A stretch of DNA of 64,000 nt, taken from contig NC_043001.1 in the NCBI RefSeq assembly GCF_006345805.1, positions 72,106,001 through 72,170,000 of the forward strand, given 5' to 3'. Origin of the DNA: Octopus sinensis. Its lineage: Eukaryota. Numbering within the stretch: the stretch's first letter is position 1; the number at the start of each line of letters is the position of its first letter. Of the stretch, positions 25,500 through 36,757 are shown piece by piece. A program made the translations under genes and the position numbers. Below the pieces are notes generated by a model. It was not told the DNA's origin. It made no database searches and saw only the letters and a program-made list of their open reading frames with translations.

Positions 25500-26240
25500 T
25501 CTGCTGATGATAACGGGAAGGCTGAAGAATGAGCCCTGAGGGACCCCTATCTGCTTGCTGAATTCATTTCTGTACTCATTGTTAACTCTCACTTCAATGA
25601 CTGTCCTTTGTATATAGTTTGCATTTCCCTCACTAGCCATTCATCTACTCCTAACTTCTTTAGTGCCCACCAGATGACAGAGTGAGGTATTCTGTCAAAA
25701 GCTTTCTTTAAATTTACAAATGCTAGATATAGAGGCCTATATCCAGATAAGTATTTCTTTTGCAGTTGTCTCACTAGGAAGATGGGCATTGATGCTACCT
25801 CTTCCTGATACAAGGCCAAACTCCATTTTCTCTTGGCTAATCCGGTTATGAATCAATTTTGGAATAACTTATTTTTAACTTCCAAGATCTAGTTCAACAA
25901 TTTGATGTATCAATGGTTTCCTCTCTTTGTACATCTCCTTTACATTTGTAACAGTTTTTAATAATGCTGCTGCACCAGCCATTGGGTATGATGCCTTCTT
26001 GTATCACCTAATTAAGTATTTTAGTAACTAATCTATAACCTATTTTGCCAGATATTTTAGGCATCTCCAGCAACTATTTCTAAAGCACCAGCTGTTTCCA
26101 CAGTCTTCATATCCTTAATTGCCTTATCTGTCATACTGCTTCCAACTTCTATGACCAGTTTCTGTGTTGGATCTACTTGAGAGCAACCCTCTCTCTTCCA
26201 TGTATTCTCTATGTCCTCATTTAGCATCTGTTTTCCATAC
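25500..26240 (-). mobile_element. Degenerate RTE LINE RT fragments
   Basis: ORF 25589(-) reads IFLVRQLQKKYL..FVNLKKAFDRIPH. Confidence 0.78.
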
Positions 26241-26922
26241 TGGCATGGGTTAGACTTGTAAGTCAGAGAGTTGTACCAGACTCCAGTTTGATTTGGCTTG
26301 GTTTCTACCATTGGATGCCCTTCCTAATGCCAACCACTCCAAGAGTGTAGAAGATGCTTTTTACATGTCACTGGCATAGATCCCGTTTATGTGTCACTGG
26401 CACTGTCCACAACTTATTTCACTGGGCTTGATGTATCTTCTCAAGCACAGCAAATTGGCAAAAGTCTAGTTCACTTGTTATTGCCTTCGTGAAACTCAAC
26501 ATCTGAAGATCATGTTTCATCACCTCAATACTTCCATATCACTTTTTTTATTGTCATTGAGTGCAAAGGTGCTGTTATCATTCTATATATACTTCTTGAA
26601 ACATCTCAATTCTCTCTAGTACACTTGTCTCATTATTCTGAACAGTACATATCTCTGATCTCCCACCAAAGAACATGTGCAAATGTCTTTCTTTCTGCCT
26701 CTTCTTTTGCCAAGTATACCTGATATATAGCTTCTCTTCTCGCTATTTGATACTTTTCTTTGCCAGCTCTTTCTTCTAGTGTGTCCAGACCTGACTCTTA
26801 TCTTTCATAGCTCTGTCTACAACATTATTCCATCACCAAGCAGGCAGGTGGATGGATGAATGGAGGGATATAATAAAACCCATACAAATAATTATTTTGA
26901 ATGAGAATATAAATATGATTTA

Positions 26923-27288
26923 TACAGTTCTATATTTAAGAGATGAGGAATTATGTACATTATTTACATTTGACGGATATTTGTCCTCATCTTTGTTGTT
27001 AACACAACGTTTCAGCTGATATACTCTCCTGCCTTCATCAGTTGTCTTGGGGAAATTTTGAACCTGGGTTCTCATTCCTAAGGTATTTTTCGATGTTATT
27101 ATTATTATCATTATTATTATTGTTATTATTCAGGTCACTGCCTGGAATTGAAAAATACCTTAGGAATGAGAACCCAGGTTCGAAATTTTCCCAAGACACC
27201 TGATGAAGGCTGGAGGGTATATCAGCCGAAACGTTGTGTTAACAACAAACAAGATGAGGACAAATATCCGTCAAATGTAAATAATGTA
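26923..27288. mobile_element. Penelope-like terminal repeats in inverted orientation
   Basis: 26956-27091 is the reverse complement of 27150-27288 around a (TTA)n spacer; each arm carries CTGATGAAG..GAAACGTT. Confidence 0.75.
27195..27240 (+). ncRNA. Minimal type I hammerhead ribozyme motif
   Basis: Stem I GACAC/GTGTT, core CTGATGA(+A), stem II GGCTG/CAGCC, GAAA, palindromic AACGTT, cleavage triplet GUU. Confidence 0.62.
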
Positions 27289-27328
27289 AATATAATTTAT
27301 TTAAAGAATTTTTTTTTAATGTAATGTA

Positions 27329-28480
27329 GAGGGTGCATCAGTTTTTTGAGGACACCTCTTTCAAGGGCTCTAACTTTCTTCTAATCTATTTTTCTTACTT
27401 TACTTTTCAGATAAATAATATCAGACATCAGGTTGACTCAGTACATGAAAAAGGCATGCTGTAATTGTCACCTTAAAAGCGCAGCATAGCTCGCTTCCTG
27501 AAAGTTTTCCAATTGGTCATTGTCAAAGTTTGAAAAGAGCTAGAGGCTGCTGATACAGAGCCAACATCAGCAGCTAAATGCAAAATGCTTGCAGAGGGGC
27601 CTAATACCATCAGAGCACAGAACTTTGTACAAAAATTGCAAGAAAAACTTGATAAAAATCCCCAGAAATTCAATCCAGAGGATTGAATGCAAAGGACCTT
27701 AAGATTTCAGAATGCACCATCAAAAGAGTTGTGTATGAGGAAATCCAGTACAAGTCGTATGTGATGTGGAGGGGTCAGTTTATGTCAGATGTGACAAGAG
27801 AGAATCATTTGATCCATGCAAAGTGCTTGCTATACAAGTTAAAACACTAAGAAGCAGGAGTGCTTCAGTCATGGCCAAAAGGTAAACTGAAAGAATGACA
27901 GATAGTTATGCAAAGACCCAAATGAGGTTTCTATGGTCATGCATACTAAATTCCCAGAAATTGTGATGGTTTGAGAGTCATCAGCAATGAGGGAGATGTC
28001 ATACCTCTTCATTCTTTTTCACAGGACTTAAGAGTCAATGCTACTGTTCACGGAGAGGTGTTAGGGAAAATTGTGAGACCCTAGATAGATAGAGTATGCA
28101 ACAGAAGACCATATGTCTTCCAACAAGACTTTTTGCTGTCTCATAAGGCTAGGACAACCCAAACATGAATACATGCCAATCTCCATGACCATATTCTCCC
28201 AGGCACATGGCCTCATAGCTCACCAGAACTCAATCCACCAGGCATAGTCATGAGAAGATCAATCAACATCCCCATAACACCATACAAGCTCTCAAGTTCA
28301 CCATAACCAGCATTATGTCCAAAATTGATTAATATTGTCTGATTCAAGCCTGCCTGTGCTTTCTGCCCTATATTGAACCAGCCATTGATGTTAACGATAG
28401 ATTCATTGAATAGGTGTGACAAAAGGTTTCTCAAGATTATTTGTATCAATTTCTTTTCATACACACAGCTTTCCTTTGAT
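27329..28480 (+). mobile_element. DD37D (maT-like) transposon, degenerate
   Basis: TA+GAGGGTGCATCAG TIR; MHTKFP; YVFQQD followed by 37 residues ending SPELNPP. Confidence 0.8.
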
Positions 28481-28584
28481 GAGTTACGCATCTTTTTCTA
28501 AATTCATACAAATAACCTAAAGAAATTGATGCAGCATATATATTGTTTATCTACTTTTTTTTTTGTTATTGTATTTTTGTTCAG

Positions 28585-28810
28585 AAAAGACAAAATGGCA
28601 GGTGAGCACTACATCACAAAGTTGATGAAGAAGTGCTTCTGGACATGGCAACTATACCTTCACAGAGAAAAAGAATGCCAGCGTTTAAAACTCTCTCAGA
28701 AAGAAACCAAAGTCAAAATGGAGAAACTCTTAATTGCTGCTGCTTCAGGAAAAATAAATGTGGTCAATTCTTTGAGCAATTCTGAGACCAAATCTAAAAA
28801 TTTAACCAAG
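28585..28810 (+). CDS. CCDC191: CCDC191 exon 9, KDKMAGEH...CFWTWQ...AAASGK
   Basis: GTTCAG acceptor, GTAAAC donor; phase 2 to 0; resembles human CFTEWQ...LLQAASLGK. Confidence 0.88.
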
Positions 28811-30459
28811 GTAAACCTTACAAGCAACGACTTCACTACCACATTTGCACATTATATATATGTGTGTGTGTATGTTTGTATGTATGTGTGTGTGTTTTTC
28901 TGCATATGTATATATTATCATCATTGTTTAATGTCCCTGTTCTATTCTGGCATGGATTGGACAATTTGACAGGATCTGATGGGCCCAAGGAATGCATGGT
29001 TCTTCATTGTCCACTTTAGCATGATTTCTACAACTGGTTTGCCTTTCCAACCACTTTACAGTTTGTACTAGGTACTTTTTTTCATGCCACTAAGGTTGCC
29101 ATGCAACTTGCTTGGAAGACTATGAACCTTTAAGGAGAAACTTTATGCTAGATGAAGAGTAAAGATATGTAGAGTATGAGAGAAAAAGGGCGGGAGCAGA
29201 ATACTTTTCTTGTTGTAGAACTACATGATCACTCACATTTTGGAAAAGATAGGAGTGATTGGATGGAGATGGAAAGGGATAGAAAATAGAAGTGATGAGG
29301 AATCGTAGTAGACCTTCAAGTTACAAGATGGACAGAAATGAGTGGGGCAGAGGGATCAGGAAAGATGCATGGTAGTGTAGAGCTGCAGAATAGTAATGAT
29401 GATGGAGTAAACAGAAGGATAAAAGAGAGATAACATGATGGATGTGGGTAGGTTGCAGGAGTGAATGGGGAAAAGAGAGGCATGTATAGTTTATGAAAAG
29501 GATGAAATATTTGGGAGGAGAGATAATTTGGTAGCACAATGACGAGGCTACCAATTGTAGAAAACAATGGTGGATAACAAATGAAATACTAATTTTTCTA
29601 AGCACTTTTTATTTCATTTTTCCCTTGGGTGAATTTGATCAATGAAAACTGAAAGAAACCTGCTAAACATGTGAATATGTGTGTGTGAGGTGGAAGATAT
29701 GTAAAATAAGAAATCCCTTACTTGAAAAACATTTAAGGGTTAGCGAAAGGAAAGGCATCTAGCTGTAAAAACAATACCTCAATGGTTGTCTAACTCATGC
29801 TAGTATGAGAAAATGGACATAAGACAAATGATATATAGTAATCAGATGAAAAAAAGTGAAGATTATATTTTTACATAACTTTATTCAATGTTATAAACAT
29901 TTGGAATTCCCAGAGGAAATTTTTCTTCATTATGTAACGGTTCCTTGTCTCATGTTCTCATGGACAAGGACATTCCTAAGCATGATGACATCTTGACTGT
30001 AAATCAATCAAAGAAGGTAAAGTCCCACTCTCACACATATGTTTGATGGAAACCCTGAGAATCTACCTCAATAACTTTGTCTGAGGAGAATAGTCGAGAG
30101 CTAATTGTTCCATTAATTAAGTGATTTATTATGGATACAAATCATTGTATAGTAAGGAAACAAATCCTCTAGTGATTTAAAACATTTGTAACATTGAATT
30201 ATTTATAAAAACGTAATCTTCCTTTTTCTGGCTGATTGCTGTTATACTCTGAAAATAATGTACCAACCAATCAATTGGTGAATAACCTTGGATTTACAGT
30301 TTGGATCACCTGGTGTATCTAACCTATATTCCTATATTCACCACTAGACAGTCTGTTAGCCAGGTACTTTTGTATTTTTGCATGGATTGCTGACTGAGGT
30401 ATTCACCTGGATTTCTTCAGCCCTTATTTTCCTTTACTATATATGTGTGTGTGTGTGTG

Positions 30460-31703
30460 CAGGGTTCATAAGGTATTTGAGGACATACCTTTTTAGGGTC
30501 ATTTCTGCATTTTTTTGTTCACTCTGTATAGTCTTTGTTTCAGAAAATGATAAAGGCAGACCCTCAGCTTACTGAAGAAATGAAGGGTCATGCTGTTATT
30601 GTGGTTATAAAGGCTGAGCATAGTGATTTAGAAATATCTCGAGTTTTAAAAGTAGCCAGATCTTTTGCCTACAAAGTTTGTAAGGAGCTAAAGACTGAAG
30701 ATGGAAACGTATCACCAGTATCAAAGCATAAAAAACATTCTAAACACTCTGAAATCATCAGAACACCTGAATTTATCCAGCTAGTTCAACAGACCATTGA
30801 TTACAATCCCAGAAAGTCCAGGAGGTCAATTGCAAAAGATCTCCATGTGTCAGAAGGAGCAGTCAGAAATGTTGTCCACGAAGACGTCAGATATAAGTCT
30901 TATATGATGAGGAAAGGTCAATTTGTCAGAAAAAGCAAAAGAAAATTACTACATCAGATCTAAAATCTCTTAAACAAACTGAAAAATCCAGCAGCAGAAG
31001 ATTTGATTTGGCTTGTCTCAAACAAGAAAAAATTTGACCAAGATCAAAAAGTTAACAGAAGAAATGATAGATGGTTATGTGCAGACCCTTTTGAAGTTCC
31101 AAGTGTCATGCAAACAAAATTTCCTGCAACTGTCATGGGTTTAGGGGTTGTCAACTATGAAGGACAGGTGATGCCTCCTTCTTTCCACAAAGCCTTAGAG
31201 TTAACTCTTCCACCTACATTGTGGTCCTGGAAATAATTGTTAAGCCCTGGATAGACAGTGTAAGCAATGGAAGGCTATGTGTTTCAGTAAGACTGCACTA
31301 TTGCACATGGCTCTAGTAACACTGAAATAGATGGCTGAAAATTTTCATGATCACATAACCCCTAACATTTGGCCTCCTAATCGCCCAGATCTCAATCCAT
31401 TGGACTATTATATGTGGAGCATTGTTGGGAGAGAGGTCATTTTAACACACCCATCACACCAAACATTCTATGAAAGCTGCCATAGTCAGAGTAATGTCCA
31501 AAATGAACCAGGACCACTTGATTCGAGCATGTAGATGATTTAGACCTCATATAGAAGCAACCGTTGAAGCTGAAGGTGGCTTTATTGAATAACATTATAG
31601 AAAAGAAGGTTTGTTTTTTTGATAAATGGAGTTATTATCTGTTATTATATATCTGTTGTTTTTTGTAAACATAAATCTGTCCTCAAATATCTTATGCACC
31701 TTG
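30460..31703 (+). mobile_element. DD37D (maT-like) transposon, full length, disrupted transposase
   Basis: TIRs CAGGGTTCATAAGGTATTTGAGGAC / GTCCTCAAATATCTTATGCACCTTG; ORFs 30535, 31003, 31331 with NDRWLC, TKFPATVM, WPPNRPDLNPLDY. Confidence 0.88.
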
Positions 31704-31873
31704 TATATACATGAGTGGGTGGACAAATGAAAGGAAAAGGCGCTCAACACATTTAGTAGGAGTTACATGTATTATTTAAAGCAGTTTGATTCAACTCCAT
31801 CTACTTAAAGTTTTGCGAGCCTCTAACAAGCTTGGACATTAAACGATGATGATGATGATATATATATATATAT

Positions 31874-33480
31874 AAGAATTCCGGGTGGAGGTTGGGGTCC
31901 ACCAAGGCTCAGTCCTCAGCCCCCTCCTATTTATCATAGTCCTCCAGGCAATAACGGAGGAATTCAAGACAGGATGCCCATGTGAGCTCCTCTATGCTGA
32001 CGACCTTGCTCTAATTGCTGAATCACTATCAGAACTCGAGGTGAAGTTTCAGGCGTGGAAGCAAGGATTAGAATCAAAGGGCCTTAGAGTCAATCTAGCT
32101 AAAACCAAAGTCCTAATAAGTAGGAAGGTAGACAAATCTCAAACACCTTCAAGTAGATGGCCCTGCTCGATCTGTAGAAAAGGCGTAGGTAGGAACTCTA
32201 TAAGATGCACCAAGTGTAAGCTATGGACACATAAGAGGTGCAGCAATGTCAAAGGAAGGCTAACTAGGAAGATAGTTTTTGTATGTGGCAGATGCTCTGG
32301 TTCAATAAAGACTGAAGATGTGCAGAGACCATCTTCCGCCACATTCCAGAGAGAAAAACTTGAAATAGTTGATAGTTTCCGTTACCTAGGTGACCAAGTC
32401 AGTAGCGGGGGTGGGTGTGCCGAAAGTGTAACTGCTAGAGTAAGAATAGCCTGGGCAAAGTTCAGAGAGCTCTTACCTCTGCTGGTGACAAAGGGCCTCT
32501 CACTCAGAGTAAAAGGCAGACTGTATGACGCATGTGTGCGAACAGCCATGCTACATGGCAGTGAAACATGGGCCGTGACTGCTGAGGATATGCGTAAGCT
32601 CGCAAGAAATGAAGCCAGTATGCTCCGTTGGATGTGTAATGTCAGTGTTCATACCCGACAGAGTGTAAGTGCCTTGAGAGAAAAGTTGGACTTGAGAAGC
32701 ATCAGATGTGGTGTGCAAGAGAGACGTTTGCGCTGGTATGGACACGTAGTAAGAATGGATGAAGATAGTTGTGTGAAAAAGTGCCACACCCTAGCGGTTG
32801 AGGGAACCTGTGGAAGAGGTAGACCCAGGAAAGCCTGGGATGAGGTGGTGAAGAACGACCTTCGTGCTTTAGGTCTCACCGAGGAAATGACCAGAGACCG
32901 AGACCTTTGGAAGTATGCTGTGCGCGAGAAGACCCGGCAGGACACGTGAGGCCATAACCCATGGCCCCTACCTGGGACGTAGTCAGTCCACCTGTGCATA
33001 CCTTCCTTCTTGGGACACTTGTGAAGACCTGTTGAGGCAAGTGAAAATCAAAATCAAACCAAATCAAAATCGATGAACATCAATGGAATTTGTATCTTTG
33101 TGGTACCAGTGCCGGTGGCACATAAGAAAACCATCCGAACGTGGCCGTAGCCAGTACCGCATCGACTGACCTCCGTGCTGTGGGCACGTAACAAACACCA
33201 TCCGATCATGGCTGTTCGCCAGCCTCGTCTGGCACCTGTGTCGGTGGCACATAAAAAACACCATCCGATCGTGGCCGTTCGCCAGCCTCGTCTGGCACCT
33301 GTGTCGGTGGCACATAAAATCACCCACTACACTCTCGGAGTGGTCGGCGTTAGGAAGGGCATCCAGCTGTAGAAACACTGCCAGATCTGACTGGCCTGGT
33401 GCAGCCTTCGGGCTTCCCAGACCCCAGTTGAACCGTCCAACCCATGCTAGCATGGAAAGCGGACGTTAAACGATGATGAT
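31874..33480 (+). mobile_element. Young 5'-truncated RTE LINE with uninterrupted 354-aa ORF end (RT C-part, PHD-like finger) and full 3' UTR
   Basis: ORF 31885..32949 with QGSVLSPLLF and YADD; ends GGACGTTAAACGATGATGAT; (TA)n on both sides. Confidence 0.95.
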
Positions 33481-33765
33481 ATATATATATGATGGACGTC
33501 TTTCAGTTTCCATCTTACTACATCACTTACAAGGCTTTGGTTGGTCAGGATGTGTAGTAGAAGTTATTTGCCCAAGGTGCCAAGTAATGGGACTAAACTT
33601 GAAACCATGTGGTTTTAAAATGAACTTTTTGGTGAAGCTGCCATGTCTGCATCTATTATTATATATTTTGCTGTAGAAAAGTCTTTATGTTTGGAGAGGG
33701 AGAATTAGCCTTCAACTTTTTCCATCTGAAGAGTTTTTTTAAAACTTGATATTTAAATGCTCTTA

Positions 33766-34148
33766 TCTTTATATATAAAAGTCAAGTTGTTTGTCTGTCT
33801 CCTACGATTTAGATTCCTAACTACTCCCACATTTTGCGGTGCAGTTTAACCAAAACCGGGTATCTTATAGTCGTGATTCATATCGAGCCCTTCTGGGTAT
33901 TAGCGCGCGTCTACGATTTAAAAAAAAATTTACCATCATTTTTTCCCATTTTTAATGCATTTTTTGCTATTATATAAGGGAAGTAACTCTCTAAAAATGT
34001 ATTATTAAATCTAAAAACGTAAAAAGCTACAGTAACACCTCCCTTTGTGGTTAGCCATATTGAGATGGCTATTATACTTTACATCTCTAAAAATGCTTAT
34101 ATAGTTATTTCCCTTACAAACCCGAGCAACGCCAGGCAATACTGCTTG
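33766..34148 (+). mobile_element. Non-autonomous Helitron, 3' end shared with the element at 17379
   Basis: A|TCTTTATATATAAAA start, CCCGAGCAACGCCAGG hairpin, CTTG|T end (CTAG variant). Confidence 0.72.
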
Positions 34149-34250
34149 TTAATATAATATATATATATAGCTTTATCTACTTTGAGTTCCACCATTAGAA
34201 ATGATTTAATAAGCCACCTGTTATATATGAAATTCTTTATCCCTTCATAG

Positions 34251-34453
34251 AAGAAGCCAGACATTGAGAAATGCATTAAACAAGTGAAAATTTCAAGTGT
34301 TCCATGCAATTCTGATGGTAGTATTATTGGGTGTTCACAATTGTCAAGTGTACCATGGAAAGCTTCAAGAAAGCTGCTGGACATGGAAACTCCTCAATTT
34401 TGTCAGCTTGTTGCAGGAACAAATACTGAAACCTATTCTTCAGATCAGAAACA
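34251..34453 (+). CDS. CCDC191: CCDC191 exon 10, KKPDIEKC...PWKASRK...SDQKQ
   Basis: Pyrimidine tract + CATAG acceptor (phase 0). Weak donor GTTAAG at 34454 gives phase 2, the phase needed by the exon at 44452. Confidence 0.72.
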
Positions 34454-34484
34454 GTTAAGTGCATTTTTAATTACTGGCTATTGT

Positions 34485-34770
34485 ACAACTACTACTACTG
34501 CTGCTGCTACAACTACTACTACTACTGGTTTTTTTGAAACTGCCACCTCTGCTGCTACTACCACCACTACTGCTGCTTCTCCTGTTGCTACTACTACTAC
34601 TACTACTGCTATTACAATTGCTGCTGCTACTACTACTGTTCCTATTATTGCTGCTGCTGATGCTACTCCTCCTGCTTCTGCTACTCCTGCTTCTGCTACT
34701 ACTGCTACTCCTGCTTCTGCTACTACTGCTACTCCTCCTGCTTCTGCTACTACTGCTACTCCTCCTGCTA
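34485..34770 (+). repeat. (ACT/GCT/CCT)n trinucleotide low-complexity tract
   Basis: Directly visible; encodes a Thr/Ala/Pro-rich stretch in frame with exon 10. Confidence 0.9.
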
Positions 34771-35949
34771 CTGATATTTCTGGAACTTACACCTCTCAAA
34801 CTACTGAAATTACTCCAGCCGACCTTCGCACGACTGGTTTTTCTATCTCATCTGCTTGTCAATCACATCGCAATCCTTCTTCTGATTCTTTTGCATTATC
34901 TACAATGGGTCGTAATCAATCCTGTCGCCGATGTTGTAAATTGTGTATGTGGGCGTTCCTGATGTTGCTGTTGTTGCTGTCATTGTTTGTTGTTGTTGCT
35001 GTCATTGTTATTAGCATTGTCCTTTAGCACACCAGCACCATGTGGTTAATTCAATAGACCTTTGATGATGATGTTGTTGTGAGACAGTTAATGTTATGGT
35101 AAAGGGTTATTAAAGTACTGAGCTCAAATAGCAGTATTTTTATGATATTTACCTGTTCTTTTATATTCTACTTTCATCGAGGTTATTGCTAATAAAATTA
35201 TTATCGCTGCTATAGAGGTGATGCTTTCACTCATTGTACAACTATCTATCCTACAAAACATTAGATTGTACCAATGCGGAATTCAGTATCCCACTGTGTT
35301 GGACTTTACCATCCATTCTTTAAGAATCAATAATTACTAATGAAGGACTGAGGTTAGTATACATCCACAATCCAAAAATGCCTGGCCTTGTACTTACCTA
35401 AATTAGATAACTGTTGTAAGTTTTCTTGCTTGCATTTGCTGCACTACCAAGCACAACTCTGTGTATGTTGGCTATGCACAGTGTGTTGAACTGATACTTC
35501 TATGTGTTGTGCATTTTTTAAAGTCCCGGGATTGTTCTATTTTTTTCATCATTCTCAAGCCAACTATTATGATAGGGATCATTTTTGTTTTCAGGTCCCT
35601 CATTCAGGTTATCTCTATTTCCAGATCTTTGTGTGGGATGATGTCAGCAGCTGGGGAGCTGACAGGAACTTGGGGCTGATTGGAAGAGGAAGGGGCAGCA
35701 GTGACATGTGCGCAGGCAGGGGAGGATTGGGCCTTTTCGATCAGGGTAGCAGAGAGAGTTGGGCATGTGAGCGCTTTGTCAAGGTAGGGGAAAAGCAGCT
35801 GCTATTTATAGCGTTCGGGTCGGGCCATGTGGAAGGGTGCATTACCACTGGAGAGGTCTCCGTTGACGAAGAGAAAGTAGGTGTCCTTATTTCAAATCTC
35901 CTGCATATACCACAAGCTATTTCGGCGCTCCATATAAGACGTCACCACA

Positions 35950-36686
35950 ATGACAACGAAAATCAGGCTCGCCAGCGACATTATCAGACCCTTTAATGGT
36001 GAGGGCGATGTAGTGGCCTGGATTCGTAAAATCAGGCTGGTGGGAGACTGCAAGGCATAAGCCATGTGGTGAGCCTTATGACACTGTATTTGGAAGGGAG
36101 TGTGTTGACTCTATATCTTGAGATGGACGAGGAAGAATGTCTGAGTGAGGAGAAGATTGAGCAACGTCTGAGAGACGCTTACACCAAGTGTGCGTACACA
36201 GCCTTTGCTAAGCTGGGCACAATTAAATGGACGGGAGAACAGGTGGATGAATACGCAGCGGAGGTTCGAAGGCTAGCTACGCTGGCTGGGTTTACAGGAG
36301 AAGGCCTGGAGAGAGCAGCATGACTGGCGTTCGTAAGTGGGTTCCCTGTAGGGATTCGACTGCAACAATTGCCCGGGGACAAAAAGATGGCACTGAGCGA
36401 ACTTGTGACTCAAGCCTGCGTGTTGGCGCGAAACACTGGACAGAAGGTGATAACGAAGGCGGTAACGGAGGTGCATAAAGACGGTCAACGGCTGGAGAAA
36501 GATGCAAAGAAGCCTACCATGCAATGACAGCGGCCGTTTTCAGGCCGGTGTTTTAGATGTCAGGGGTCGCACATGGCAAGGGAGTGTACACAACTGGAGC
36601 CCGTCTGCTATCGATGCAGGCAGACAGGGCACATCGCCCGTGATTGTGACCAGGGAAATGACCGTGGGAAAGTTGCTGCTCCTTGA
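35950..36686 (+). pseudogene. gag: Gypsy gag remnant with two CCHC zinc knuckles
   Basis: CFRCQGSHMAREC and CYRCRQTGHIARDC; several stops and a frameshift. Confidence 0.82.
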
Positions 36687-36757
36687 ACTTTCCCTGCAAA
36701 CGAGTAGAGGCGCTTTTGGAGACGCTGCCCTTAATTGATGTGGTCTGGCTTCTTTAA

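Noticed and set aside
34467-34962. Poly-Ser and poly-Leu ORFs
   Set aside because: Alternative frames of a trinucleotide repeat
34284-35027. 247-aa ORF as an independent mucin gene
   Set aside because: Its 5' part is CCDC191 exon 10, open upstream to the acceptor at 34251 and lacking its own ATG start; kept only as a read-through hypothesis
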